Source of the DNA: Anaerolineae bacterium
GTDB taxonomy: Bacteria; Chloroflexota; Anaerolineae; Aggregatilineales; Phototrophicaceae
Reading direction: 5' to 3'
DNA length: 64,000 nucleotides
Assembly: GCA_034435995.1 (NCBI GenBank)
Contig: DAOTWC010000081.1
Span: forward strand, 12,795-76,794
Part shown: positions 1 to 18,403 of the stretch, in pieces
How the letters are laid out: each line of letters starts with the position of its first letter
How positions within the stretch are numbered: position 1 is the stretch's first letter
Made by a program: the position numbers and the translations under genes
Notes under the pieces: generated by a model
What the model was told of the DNA's origin: nothing
The model's input: the letters and a program-made list of their open reading frames with translations, nothing else
Databases searched by the model: none

Positions 1-1
1 G

Positions 2-1078
2 CTCGACCGGGGCCTGCTGGACCGGCTGCCGCGCGACGCGCTGCTGCGCCAGGCGCTGCCCGCCGCGGCCGCCTGTCTGCCCGACGCGCGCGCCCTGCGC
101 GTTTACCGCGTGCATGACGATGTCGCCGTGCTGGAAGCCGCCACGGACTGGCCCGACAGCGCGCGTGTCCCGCTGGCTGGAACCGCCCTGGGCGCGGCGC
201 TCGACGCGGACGGCCCGCTGTTTGCAGCCGAAGACAGCGCCTGGGTCGTCCCCCTGACGGCCGGCGGCGTGCTGTACGGCCTGCTCAAAATCACCGCCGA
301 CGCCAACGCCGCCATCGCCGCCGAACGCGCGGCGCTGGTGGCCCTGCACCTGGCTGGGGCCGTGCGCCAGGCCGCGCTGGCGGACATCAACGCCCGCCTG
401 AGCAAAGCGGCTGACCGTCACGGCGAACAGCTCGCCCGCGTGACCGGCTACGGCCAGCGGATTCAGGCCTCGCTGGATACCGCCGCTGTGCTGGAGGCCA
501 CGCTGCAGGCCATCAGCGAGGTTGTCCCGGCTGACCGCATCGAGATCGCCCTGTTCGACGCCGCTGATGGCAAGCTGCGCACCGTCGCACTGTACACCGG
601 CGGCGAACGCTTCATCACGCTGCGCGGCGGCAGCGTCGTGCCGCTGGAGGGGACGCTGGCCGGCAGGGTGTGGAACGCGCGCGCGGGGCGCTATATCCCC
701 GACGCGCAGGCTGCGCCAGAGCTGGCGACCGGCGGCCTGCAGGGCCTGCGCGCGCTGCTGGCGCTGCCGGTTTTCTCGCGCGTGGGGGTGCTGGCCGTGG
801 CCACGCTGGGCAGCGCCCAGCCCGACGCCTACGCCCCTGCCGACATCGCCCTGGTAGAGCAGATGCTGGGCCTGCTGGCCAACGCGCTGGAGAACGCTAT
901 CGTCTACGACCGCAGCCAGCACGCCGCCCGCAACGAGGCGTTGGTCAACGTGATCTCCGAGCGCCTGCAGCAGCAGATGGATGTTCAGTCCATGTTCGAC
1001 GTCGCCCTGACCGAGCTGGGCCGGGCCATCGGCGCGCAGCGCGCGCAGGTGCGCCTGCGCCCGCCCGCCGACCAGTGA
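2..1078 (+). CDS. GAF-domain protein, 5' end lies outside the window
   Basis: Frame 2 is open from the first bases of the window, with no stop before the GTG at 110 used by the ORF track. The translation shows GAF-type elements (VVPLTAGGVLYGLLKI; LANALENAIVYDRSQ). It carries the same C-terminal tail (VNVISERL...ELGRAIGAQRAQVRLRP) as the next four genes. Stop is TGA at 1076-1078. Confidence 0.7.
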   Translation, partial: LDRGLLDRLPRDALLRQALPAAAACLPDARALRVYRVHDDVAVLEAATDWPDSARVPLAGTALGAALDADGPLFAAEDSAWVVPLTAGGVLYGLLKITADANAAIAAERAALVALHLAGAVRQAALADINARLSKAADRHGEQLARVTGYGQRIQASLDTAAVLEATLQAISEVVPADRIEIALFDAADGKLRTVALYTGGERFITLRGGSVVPLEGTLAGRVWNARAGRYIPDAQAAPELATGGLQGLRALLALPVFSRVGVLAVATLGSAQPDAYAPADIALVEQMLGLLANALENAIVYDRSQHAARNEALVNVISERLQQQMDVQSMFDVALTELGRAIGAQRAQVRLRPPADQ

Positions 1079-1088
1079 GGTGCGCCCC

Positions 1089-2786
1089 ATGAACCACCTG
1101 CGCCGCCTGCTCGACACCCTATTCCCCGTTGAACGCTACGGCCCAACCGACCGCGACCGCGCGCGCGCTGTCTACACCATCAGCGTTCTCATGCTGGCCA
1201 GCGTCACCGCCCTGGTGCTGATGGCGCTGGCCGCGCCCAACACTCCCGAGCTGCTGGGCGTCTTTGCCTCCGCGCCGCTGCTGACTGCCACGATGGCGCT
1301 GTTCTACGCCAGCCTGGTGGCTGCCGTCGTTCTCGTGCGCCGGGGGCGGCTGCGCTGGGGCGCGGCCATCGTGATCCTGCTGTGGGCCTTCACCATGCTT
1401 CTGCCCGGCGCGCTCAACGGCCTGAGCAACCTGTTTCACGGCCAGCTTGTCGCCATCACCGTGCTGCTGCCAGCGCTGCTGCTGCGGCGGGCCGGCCTGC
1501 TGCTTGGCACGGGGATAGCGGCGGCCACTGTTTTTGCTGTTTACGCTGGCAGCTCCGATCAACTGGGTTTGATCATCCCCAGCAACCTGGTCAGCATTGG
1601 TATGACGGCTGCGCTTGCCTACTCGCTGCTGCGCCTGTCGTCGCTGGGCCGCGAGGAAGGCCTCAACCAGGCGCTGGCCGAGCGCCTCAAGCTGGCCGAG
1701 CTGACCGCCGAGATCGCCCAGCGCATCTCCAGCCGCAGCGCCCTGGCCGACGTGCTCAGCGAAACGGTGGAGGACATCGTCGCCAACTACCCTGACATCT
1801 ACCACGCGCAGATTTTCCTGGTGGACAGCGTCGGTCTGCGCGCCCGGCTGGCCGCCAGCACTGGCCCAGTGGGCGGCGAACTGCTGGCGCGCGGCCACAG
1901 CCTAGAGGTAGGCAGCCGCAGCGTCATCGGCCAGGTGACCGGCCAGGGGCGCGTCGTGGTGGCCCGCGCCGGCGGGCAGGATGCCACCGTCCACCGCCGC
2001 AACGAGTACCTGCCGGAAACCCGCGTCGAGGCGGCTTTCCCGCTGCGCAGCGGCGGCCGCGTGATCGGCGCGCTGGATTTGCAGAGCAAGCTGGACGACG
2101 CCTTCCCAGAGCGCGACCTGCTGGTGTTCCAGACGCTGGCTGACCAGATCGCCATCGCCATTGACAACGCCCGCCTGTTCGAGGAAGCCCAGCGCAGCCT
2201 GGCCGAAAACCGCGCGCTGCTGGCCCAGAACGAGCGCGCGCTGCGCGATGTCGAGCGCTACGCTGCCCGCCTCGCCGGGCAGGCCTGGAGCCAGTTCCTC
2301 GACGGGCGGCCGTCTGCCGCCGGCCTCAGCCTGGACCTGGCCCGCGGCACGGCCAGCGATCAGGACGCCTGGCTGCCTGTGCTGGAGCGCGCCTTGGAAT
2401 CCGGCCAGGTGGAGCAGGAGCGCGACAACGGCCACCTGCAGGTGGCCGTGCCGCTGCGCGTGCGCGGCGCTGCGCTGGGCGCGATGGCCTTCCAGGTGCC
2501 GGGGCTGGAGGCGCTGGCGCCGGAGGACCTCGCCCTGGCGCAGACCGTCGGCGATCGGCTGGGCCTGGCGCTGGAGAACGCCCGTCTGTTCGACGAAAGC
2601 CAGCGCGCCGCCCAGCGGCAGGCCTTCATCAACGAGATCAGCGCGCAGCTTCAAACCAGCACCAACGTGGAGGCGACGCTGCGCGCGGCCGCCCACAGCC
2701 TGCGCGATGTGCTGGGCGCGGGCCGCGTGACGATCCGCCTGGGCCAACCGCCTGGCGCTGACACCAGAAAGGACGGTGGCGCATGA
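1089..2786 (+). CDS. Membrane-anchored GAF-repeat sensor protein without recognisable output domain
   Basis: ATG at 1089 has GAGG 8 nt upstream; GTG at 1080 from the ORF track is an alternative start. The N-terminal ~170 aa are strongly hydrophobic with several TM-like stretches. A full GAF follows (YHAQIFLVD...GSRSVIGQV...RVIGALDLQS...IAIAIDNARLFEE), then a half-GAF and the conserved tail. Confidence 0.8.
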   Translation: MNHLRRLLDTLFPVERYGPTDRDRARAVYTISVLMLASVTALVLMALAAPNTPELLGVFASAPLLTATMALFYASLVAAVVLVRRGRLRWGAAIVILLWAFTMLLPGALNGLSNLFHGQLVAITVLLPALLLRRAGLLLGTGIAAATVFAVYAGSSDQLGLIIPSNLVSIGMTAALAYSLLRLSSLGREEGLNQALAERLKLAELTAEIAQRISSRSALADVLSETVEDIVANYPDIYHAQIFLVDSVGLRARLAASTGPVGGELLARGHSLEVGSRSVIGQVTGQGRVVVARAGGQDATVHRRNEYLPETRVEAAFPLRSGGRVIGALDLQSKLDDAFPERDLLVFQTLADQIAIAIDNARLFEEAQRSLAENRALLAQNERALRDVERYAARLAGQAWSQFLDGRPSAAGLSLDLARGTASDQDAWLPVLERALESGQVEQERDNGHLQVAVPLRVRGAALGAMAFQVPGLEALAPEDLALAQTVGDRLGLALENARLFDESQRAAQRQAFINEISAQLQTSTNVEATLRAAAHSLRDVLGAGRVTIRLGQPPGADTRKDGGA

Positions 2787-4450
2787 TCGCCTGGCTGCGA
2801 AACCTGCTGGCACAGGTTGAAATCCCTGAAAACGATCCCCTAGCGCGGCTGCGGCAGCGCTTTCTGCAGGGCGCAGCCGGGGCAGCCGCCCTGACGGCGC
2901 TTGTCGGCATACTCGCTCAGCTGGCCGTCCGTCCCACAGCGCCCGCCATGTTATCCGGCGCTGGCGTGTTCCTGGTGGGCATCACGCTGTTGGCGCTGAC
3001 GCAGCAGCGGCGGCTGCGCATCGCCGCGCCGCTGCTCTTGGTCACGCTGATTGCCGCAACGTTCGCCGCCTCAGCCGTGCGCTACGCGTTCTTGCTCTAT
3101 CTGCTGCTTGGCACGCTGGCGCTGTTCAGCGCGGCCACCCTGCTGCCGCGTTGGGCGTTCATCCTGACCAACGCAGTCATTTTCGCGCGCGGCTTCACCC
3201 TGCTGGGCACAGCGCTGGCCAGCGTGCCGCCCGACGCGCCCGAAGCGTTTTTTATCGAAACTGTGACCAATGCTGCGCTGATTCTATCGGTTCTGCTGAT
3301 CGTAAGCGCGGTTTCCCGTTACATCGTCGAGCAGCTGCAAGGCGCAGTCCAGCAGACACAGCGCGCCGCCGACCGGCTGGCCGCCACCGCGCAGATCGCC
3401 CAGATCACGGCCGCCACGCTCGACCTGACCGAGCTGTTCAACCGCTCGGTCGAGCTGATCCGCGACTACTTCGGCTTCTACCACGTGCAGGTGTTCATGC
3501 TGGACGCGCGCGGCGAGTTCGCGGCGCTGGCCGCCAGCACCGGCGACGTCGGCCAGCAGCTCATGGCGCGCCAGCACCGGCTTCCAGTGGGGTCTACCAG
3601 CGTGATCGGGCGCGTGACCTACTTCGGCGAGCCAGTTATCGCCGCCGACACCGACCTCGACCCGCTGCATCGCCCCAACGACCTGCTGCCCGACACGCGC
3701 AGTGAAATGGCCGTGCCGATTTTCGACGGCGAGCGCGTCATCGGCGCGCTGGACGCGCAGAGCACCGTGCCGCGCGCCTTCACGCCGCTGGATGCGCAGG
3801 TGCTGCAAACACTGGCCGACCTGCTGGCAGTGGCCATCCGCAACGCGCGCCTGTTCGAGGAGAAAACGCGCGCCCTGGCCGAACAGGAGCGGCTTGTCCA
3901 GCAGGCGGACATCAACGTGCGCGAAATCCAGCGCCTGAACCAGCAGCTCACCCGCATCGGCTGGTCGCAGTTCCTGGAGCAGCGGCCGGACACCGCCGGC
4001 GTGACCCTGCGCGACGGCATCGTGCGCGCTGAGGCCGAGTGGAGCCAGCCGCTGATCGCGGCGGCCCGCACCGCGCAGCCGGTGGCCGACCGCGCTGGCG
4101 GCAGCCCCGGCTCAGTGGCTGTGCCCGTGACGCTGCGCGGCGAGGTGATCGGCGCAATCGAGGTTGAGCCAGGCAGTCTTATGCCTCCCGCCGACGTGGT
4201 CGCTGTCTTGGAGGCCGTGGCGCAGCGCCTGGCCCTCAGCCTAGACAACGCCCGCCTGTTTGAAGAAGCCAACCTGGCCACCGCCCAGGAGCAGCGCATC
4301 AACGCCATCGCCACGCAGTACCAATCGGTGAACAGCGTGGACGACCTGCTGCGCGTCACACTGACCGAGCTGAGCGAGACGCTGGGCGCGCGGCGCGGCG
4401 CGATCCGCCTGGGCAGCGTTGGCTCCACTAACGGAGACACGGCCCAATGA
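2783..4450 (+). CDS. Membrane-anchored GAF-repeat sensor protein without recognisable output domain
   Basis: ATGA start/stop overlap with the upstream gene (2783-2786). Hydrophobic N-terminus, then a GAF (YHVQVFMLD...GSTSVIGRV...RVIGALDAQS...LAVAIRNARLFEE), then WSQFL, a half-GAF and the conserved tail. Confidence 0.8.
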   Translation: MIAWLRNLLAQVEIPENDPLARLRQRFLQGAAGAAALTALVGILAQLAVRPTAPAMLSGAGVFLVGITLLALTQQRRLRIAAPLLLVTLIAATFAASAVRYAFLLYLLLGTLALFSAATLLPRWAFILTNAVIFARGFTLLGTALASVPPDAPEAFFIETVTNAALILSVLLIVSAVSRYIVEQLQGAVQQTQRAADRLAATAQIAQITAATLDLTELFNRSVELIRDYFGFYHVQVFMLDARGEFAALAASTGDVGQQLMARQHRLPVGSTSVIGRVTYFGEPVIAADTDLDPLHRPNDLLPDTRSEMAVPIFDGERVIGALDAQSTVPRAFTPLDAQVLQTLADLLAVAIRNARLFEEKTRALAEQERLVQQADINVREIQRLNQQLTRIGWSQFLEQRPDTAGVTLRDGIVRAEAEWSQPLIAAARTAQPVADRAGGSPGSVAVPVTLRGEVIGAIEVEPGSLMPPADVVAVLEAVAQRLALSLDNARLFEEANLATAQEQRINAIATQYQSVNSVDDLLRVTLTELSETLGARRGAIRLGSVGSTNGDTAQ

Positions 4451-6123
4451 ACATTGTTCGCCGCTGGACTCGGCGCATTCACGTCACCTATCCCAACCCG
4501 CTTGACCGGGGCAGTGCGCTGGCCCTGATGTGGATCAACCTGGCGGCGGGGGCCGTCTGGCTGCCGCTCGCTGTCTTTTACCTGGTGCCGCGGTTTAGCG
4601 CTGGCGCTGACCGCAGCCTGCTGGCTGCCCTGGCGATTGTTGGCACGCCGATTGCGGTGTACGCCGTCCATTCGCTGGTGCTGAACAACCGGCTGGAGTG
4701 GGCGCAGCGGCTGGCGGTGGCCGGGCTGTTGGGCGTTACGCTTGGCCCACTGATGATCAACCAAGGGCAGGAAACGCCGCTGGCGCTGCTGCTGCTGCCG
4801 GTGGCGGCCGCCGGCGTGATGCGCCGGCGGGCCGAACTGCTGCTGGTGACGCTGTTGGTGACGGCTGGCGCGGCGCTTGGCACGCTCGGCGGCCCGCTGG
4901 CCAGCCGCGCCCAGCCCGATCCAGCAGCCGTAGAGGAGCTGGCAGCGGCGCTGGCCAGCGCCTGGCTGGTCGCCCTGCTGGCCAGCGCGTTCAAAGGGCA
5001 CGAGGGCGGCGTGGTGACGGGCGCGCTGCGCGCCAGCGGGCAGACCGCTCTGCTGGGCGAGCTGAGCGACCGCCTGAACACCGCCGACGACGAAAACGCT
5101 GTGTTGGTGGCCGTCGCCGAAACGATCACCGACAAAATGCTGTACACCGCCTGCCATTTCTATCTGTTCGACGGCCAGAACCGGCTCAACCGGCACGTGC
5201 GCACCGGCATGGGCACGCGCCACGCCGTCAGCCCAGCGCGTTTTGAGGGCGAGCGCGAGAACGCCATCGGCCAGGCGCTGCACGCCCGCGAGACGGTGGT
5301 CGTCTCTGCCGCCGAGCCGCTGGCGCGGCGCAGCCACCTGCTGTCCTCGGCGCGCTGTGGGGCCGCTGTGCCGCTGCTGGCCGGCGAGCGCGTGCTGGGC
5401 GCGCTGGACGTGCAGAGCAGCCAAGCCGATCCGCCGCCGTTCGAGGGCCTGAACCTGGCCCTGCTGGAGCTGACCGCGCGCATGGCGGCGGGGGCGCTGG
5501 CGCGCGTGCGCGAGGCTGCGCTGCTGCAGCGCACACTGGCCGAGCAGGAGGACACACTGGCGGGCCTGCGCGCCGAAGTGGGCCAACTGCGCCAGCGCGC
5601 CCTGGCCGGCGGCGGCGATTGGGCCAGCTACATCCAAGGGCGCGGCCAGAGCGCGTTCGGTTTCGACCTGCGGCGCGAGGGCATGACGATCACGCCCGCC
5701 GCCGACCTGCCCGACACGCTGCGCCCCGCGCTGGCGCGCGGCGAGCCGGTGGTGCTCACCCAGGGCAGCGTGCAGGTTGTCAATGTGCCGATCCGCCTGC
5801 GCGACGAGGTGCTGGGCGCGATGGCCTTCACCCTGCCGCCCGGCCGCCAGGCGACTGAGCGCCAGATGGACACCGTGCGGGCGGTGGCCGAGCGTCTGGC
5901 GCTGGCGCTGGAAAACGTCCGGCTGATCGAGCAGAGCCAAGCCCAGGCCACCCGCGAACGGCGCGCCAGTGAGGTCTCCAACCTGCTGATCGGCCAGCAG
6001 GACGTGAACGCAGTGCTGAAGCTTGCCGCTGAGCGCTTTAATGAGGCGCTGGGCGCGGTCTACACCCACATCTATCTGGAACCGGCTGCCAGCCCGGCGC
6101 CAGACGAGGAGGCGGCCCGATGA
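4447..6123 (+). CDS. Membrane-anchored GAF-repeat protein, the divergent paralog of the array
   Basis: ATGA overlap at 4447-4450. Hydrophobic N-terminal third. Divergent GAF (CHFYLFDGQN...ERVLGALDVQSS), a half-GAF (VNVPIRLRDEVLGAMAF...LALALENVRLIEQSQ) and the conserved tail. Confidence 0.75.
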   Translation: MNIVRRWTRRIHVTYPNPLDRGSALALMWINLAAGAVWLPLAVFYLVPRFSAGADRSLLAALAIVGTPIAVYAVHSLVLNNRLEWAQRLAVAGLLGVTLGPLMINQGQETPLALLLLPVAAAGVMRRRAELLLVTLLVTAGAALGTLGGPLASRAQPDPAAVEELAAALASAWLVALLASAFKGHEGGVVTGALRASGQTALLGELSDRLNTADDENAVLVAVAETITDKMLYTACHFYLFDGQNRLNRHVRTGMGTRHAVSPARFEGERENAIGQALHARETVVVSAAEPLARRSHLLSSARCGAAVPLLAGERVLGALDVQSSQADPPPFEGLNLALLELTARMAAGALARVREAALLQRTLAEQEDTLAGLRAEVGQLRQRALAGGGDWASYIQGRGQSAFGFDLRREGMTITPAADLPDTLRPALARGEPVVLTQGSVQVVNVPIRLRDEVLGAMAFTLPPGRQATERQMDTVRAVAERLALALENVRLIEQSQAQATRERRASEVSNLLIGQQDVNAVLKLAAERFNEALGAVYTHIYLEPAASPAPDEEAAR

Positions 6124-8410
6124 CCCGTCACTGGAATATCCTGGCCTGGCCTATCTGGGCCAAGCTGCTGGCTGGATTCGTCGTTGCGGTGGTTGTGCCG
6201 GTGGTGCTGCTGCTGGTGCTGGTCGTGCGCGGCATCCGCGAAATTGACCTCGCCAACGCCGAATCGGCCGTTGCCCAGTTCGGCGCGCAGCAGGCTCAGG
6301 CGCTGGCCAGCGCGTTTGCCCTGGCCAGCAACAGCCTGAACGACTACATCCAGACGCCTACCTTCCGCTCGCTGCTGCTGGAGCTGATCCCAGCCGGGCG
6401 CGCTGGCGACGCCGTCGTTGACCCGCTCGATCAGGCGCGCCTGGTGGGCAACATGCAGGACGGCCTGCTCAACCGGTCGGCCAGCACGTTCACGCGGCTG
6501 ACCCTGCTCAACTCCAGCGGGCAGGTGATGGCGCAGGCCGCGCCGGGGCGCAGCATCGAGGTGACGATGGGCGAGAGCATGGCGCTCAGCGCGGCCTACC
6601 GCGCCGCCACGCTGGCCTACACGCGCGGCCAGACGCAGGCCGTCGTCGTGAGCGAGGAGGGCGGCCAGCCGGTGATCGAGATCGTCAACGTGCTGTTCCG
6701 CTACAACGTCGTCGAGTTCCGCCAGTTCCAACTGCCCATCGCCTACCTGGTGGCGCGGCTGAACCCGGCCTTCACCGTTTACGACAAGCTGCCGCCTGTT
6801 ACTGCGCCTGATCAGCCGCGCGCCTACCTGGTGTCGCGCGGTGGCGTGGTCATCGCCGACGGCGCGGCCCGCTCTGGCGCGACCGACCTGGCCACCTCGG
6901 AGCTGGTGCGCGCCGCGCTCGCCGGCGCGCCGCAGGTGGCGCGGGCCAGCGAAGGCACAGCCGATGAGGTAGTGCGCTACGCCGTCCTCATCGAAAACAC
7001 GCCGCTCGTTCTCATCAGCGAGCGCGCGACCAACTCCGTCGCCAGCCAGATGCACGGCTACCTGCTGACGCGCGGCTTCCCGCTGCTGATGGGCCTCACG
7101 CTGCTGGCCCTGCTGCTGGCGCTACTGTTCAACCAGTTCCTCACGCCGCCGCTGCGCCGCCTGACGCAGGCCATGCAGACCACAGGCCGCGTCAGCTTCG
7201 ACAGCCCTGTGCCCGACGTTAACCGCGGCGACGAAATCGGCGACCTGGCGCGCGCCTTTGCCGACATGCGCCGCGAAATCGCCGAGCTGGTGCACGGCCT
7301 AACGCTGAGCGTCTCCGAGCGCGAACGCGACATCAGCGCCACCCAGGACATCAGCCGCTTCGCCGCCGCTCAGCGCGATCTGCAGCACTTGATTGACCGC
7401 GTGGTTAACCTGATCGTGGATCGCTTCCCCAACATTTACCACGCCCAGATTTTCCTGCTCGACGACGAAGGCCGCTACGCTGTGCTGCGCGCCAGCACCG
7501 GCGAGGCTGGTGCACAGCTGCTGGCGCGCGGCCACCGCCTGGAGGTGGGCAGCCGCAGCGTTATCGGCCAGGTGACCAGCTTGGGGCAGACGATAGTGGC
7601 CCGCGACATCGGCGCCAGCGACATTCACCGCCGCAACGAATTCCTGCCCGACACGCGCGCCGAGCTGGCCGTCCCCCTGCGCGTCGGCAACCGCGTGATC
7701 GGCGCGCTGGACGTGCAGAGCTTCCTGCGCGACACCTTCAGCGCCGACCAGACGCGCGTGCTGCAGACCATGGCGGATCAGATCGCCATCGCCATCGAGA
7801 ACGCGCGCCTCTACCAGGAAGCGCAGCGCAGCGCCAGCGACGAGGCGCGCCGCCAGCGCGCGCTCACCCGCTACGCCTGGCGCCAGTACCTCTACGACGA
7901 GCGCGCCGCCCGCCTGGAGAGCGCAGCCGGCCGCGCGTCCAGCCTGGAAGCCCTCGACGACCTGCGCCGCGCCGCCGCCGCGCGCGGCGAGGCAGTGGTA
8001 GGCCAGCCCACGCCGCACCACACCGTCGCCTTCGCCGTGCCCATTCGCCTGCGCGGCGAGACGCTGGGCGCGGTGGCCTGGGAGGTGGCCCAGGCCGGCT
8101 TCGACCGCAACAAGGTGCTGCTGGCCCAAGAGCTGACCGACCGCCTCGCCGTCAGCCTGGAGAACGCCCGCCTGTTCACCCAGAGCCAGCGCGCTGCCGA
8201 GCGCGAGCGCTTGGTCAACGAGATCAGCGCGCGCCTGACCGGCCAAACCGACATTGACCACATCCTGCGCACTGCAGTGCGCGAGGTAGGCCAGGCGCTG
8301 CGCGCGCCGCAGGTGACTATCAGCCTGCGCCCCGCCCCCAACAACAGCCCAGAGAGCGCCAACGGCCGCTCCAACGGCCAAACGGGCGAACACACGGAGG
8401 CCAGTGACGT

Positions 8411-8414
<4 letters not shown>
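6120..8414 (+). CDS. Transmembrane sensor protein: extracytoplasmic domain + HAMP + GAF repeats, no kinase domain
   Basis: ATGA overlap at 6120-6123. TM1 is ILAWPIWAKLLAGFVVAVVVPVVLLLVLVV, followed by a ~290-aa non-hydrophobic segment and TM2 (FPLLMGLTLLALLLALLF). A HAMP-like segment follows (PPLRRLTQAMQ...GDEIGDLARAFADMRREI). Then a GAF (YHAQIFLLDDEG...GSRSVIGQV...RVIGALDVQS...IAIAIENARLYQE), a half-GAF and the conserved tail. Confidence 0.8.
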
Positions 8415-16603
<8,189 letters not shown>

Positions 16604-16613
16604 ATCTCACAAA

Positions 16614-16682
16614 CCTCGCCGCGGCCCTCTCCACTGGCGAGGGGCTTTCCCCGTGTCCGCGTGGAGAGGGTGGGCGGTGAGG
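16614..16682. repeat. REP-like nested palindromic element / possible terminator after the kinase gene
   Basis: Three nested stems. CCTCGCCGC (16614-16622) pairs with GCGGTGAGG (16674-16682) with one G-T pair. CCCTCTCCA (16625-16633) pairs with TGGAGAGGG (16662-16670). The inner stem is GGGGctttCCCC (16641-16652). It shares the TGGAGAGGG...GGTGAGG core with the element at 35633-35698. Confidence 0.45.
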
Positions 16683-16719
16683 CCGGCATGGATCGCAATT
16701 CGACAACCACGAGGACGTT

Positions 16720-18390
16720 TTGACCAGCACAGCCAAACACATCGAACTCGAATGCATCAACTGCCGCGCGCGCGTCCCGCTGGACAAGAACGTCTCCGGC
16801 TGCCCGCGCTGCGGCGAGAACATCTTAGAGGCGCGCTACGACCTCAGCGGCCTGGACCCGGCCGCCTGGATGGAGGCGCTGCGGGCGCGGCCAGTCGGCC
16901 TGTGGCGCTATCACGAAGTGCTGCCGATTTACGACACGGGGAACATCGTCTCGTTGGGCGAGGGCGGCACACCGCTGGTGAAATCGCGCGCGCTGGCCGC
17001 CAGCCTGGGCCTGAAGCACCTGTACATCAAGGACGAGCGCCAGATGCCCACCGGCAGCTTCAAGGACCGGCAGGCCACCGTCGCCATCTCCGCCCTGCGC
17101 GAGATGGGCGTGGACGAGCTGGTGGTGGCCAGCACCGGCAACGTGGCCATCGCCTACGCCGCCTACTGCGCCCGCGCCGGCATCAAGCTGTGGGCCTTCT
17201 TCCCCAGCCTGGCCCCCGCCGACAAGATGCGCGAGGCCGCGCTCTACGGCGCAGAGGTGATGAAGATCACCGGCACATACGACCAGACCAAAGAGCTGGC
17301 CGCGCGCTTCGCCCGCACCAAGGGCGTCTTTCTGGACCGGGGCATCAAGAGCGTGGCGGCTATCGAGGCGATGAAGACGATGGCCTATGAGATCGCCGAG
17401 CAGCTCGGTCACGAGCTGGAGGGCGGCAGGCGCTGGCGCGCGCCGGACTGGTTCCTGCAGGGCGTCAGCGGGGGCATGGGGCCGATCGGCGTGGGCAAGG
17501 GCTTCCGCGAGATGCTCGACTTCGGCATGGTGGACAGCATGCCGAAGATGGGCATCGTCCAGTCCGCCGGCTGCGCGCCGATGGTGGAGGCGTGGCAGCG
17601 CGGCCAGCGCATCGCCACGCCCATCGAACGGCCGGAGACGATCATCGCCACGCTGGCCACCGGCAACCCCGGCCGCGCCTACGAGCTGCTCTACGACTAT
17701 GTGCAGGCCTACGGCGGCTATTTCGTCAGCGCCAACGACCAGGAGGCCTTCAGCGCCATCCGCATCCTGGCGCGCAACGACGGCATGTCCGTTGAGCCGG
17801 CGGTGGGCGTGACGTTCGCCGGGCTGTTCAAGATGGTGCAGAAAGGCATCATCAAGCCGGACGACGTGGTGGTGGTCAACGGCTCTGGCCACACGATGCC
17901 GGTGGAAACGCAGATTCTCGATGAACAGTGGCAGCGCTCGATTGACCTGTCGGTGCGCTCAGCCGCGCCGGTGCTGCCGGAGGAGGGCCTGCTGGCGGCG
18001 CTGGAGCAGATGGACGCGCTGGTGCGGCGCGTCGTGCTGGTGGAGGACAACGCCGACGCCGCCCGCCTCATCAGCCGCATCCTGCAGGCGCGCGGCAGCT
18101 GCGACGTGCGCGTGGCCGCTAACGGCGCGGATGGCTTGGCGCTCATCCGCGAGACGCGCCCGGACCTGGTCATCACCGACCTGATGATGCCTGGCGTAGA
18201 CGGTTTCACGCTGATTGACGCCATGAAGGCCGACTCAACCATGAACCACATTCCCATCATCGTAGTGACGGCCAAGGAGCTGACCGCCAAAGAGCGCGCG
18301 CGCCTCGGTGGGCAGATCAACCTGCTGCTGCAGAAAGGCTCGTTCATTGACGAGGACTTTGTGGCCAGCTTGATCAGCGAGCTGAGCTGA
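16720..18390 (+). CDS. Threonine-synthase-like PLP enzyme with N-terminal Cys4 zinc ribbon, fused to a C-terminal response-regulator receiver domain
   Basis: TTG start with GAGGA 4 nt upstream. Zinc ribbon is CINCRARVPLDKNVSGCPRCG. The PLP-lysine motif TGSFKDRQ (~nt 17051-17074) and the fold-type II pattern STGNVAIAYAAY match the ThrC family. The last ~125 aa form an intact receiver (VVLVEDN...DLVITDLMMPGVDGF...IIVVTAKE). Confidence 0.85.
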   Translation: MTSTAKHIELECINCRARVPLDKNVSGCPRCGENILEARYDLSGLDPAAWMEALRARPVGLWRYHEVLPIYDTGNIVSLGEGGTPLVKSRALAASLGLKHLYIKDERQMPTGSFKDRQATVAISALREMGVDELVVASTGNVAIAYAAYCARAGIKLWAFFPSLAPADKMREAALYGAEVMKITGTYDQTKELAARFARTKGVFLDRGIKSVAAIEAMKTMAYEIAEQLGHELEGGRRWRAPDWFLQGVSGGMGPIGVGKGFREMLDFGMVDSMPKMGIVQSAGCAPMVEAWQRGQRIATPIERPETIIATLATGNPGRAYELLYDYVQAYGGYFVSANDQEAFSAIRILARNDGMSVEPAVGVTFAGLFKMVQKGIIKPDDVVVVNGSGHTMPVETQILDEQWQRSIDLSVRSAAPVLPEEGLLAALEQMDALVRRVVLVEDNADAARLISRILQARGSCDVRVAANGADGLALIRETRPDLVITDLMMPGVDGFTLIDAMKADSTMNHIPIIVVTAKELTAKERARLGGQINLLLQKGSFIDEDFVASLISELS

Positions 18391-18403
18391 GAGGTCACGC
18401 GCC

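Noticed and set aside
3619-6069. 816-aa minus-strand ORF. Similar long antisense ORFs lie at 7892-10642, 12269-15052, 15101-16582, 1119-1898 and 1902-2813.
   Set aside because: They lie antisense to plus-strand genes that carry clear GAF/HisKA/REC motifs. Their translations are Arg/Ala/Gly/Gln-rich with no recognisable motif. These are typical shadow ORFs of high-GC DNA.
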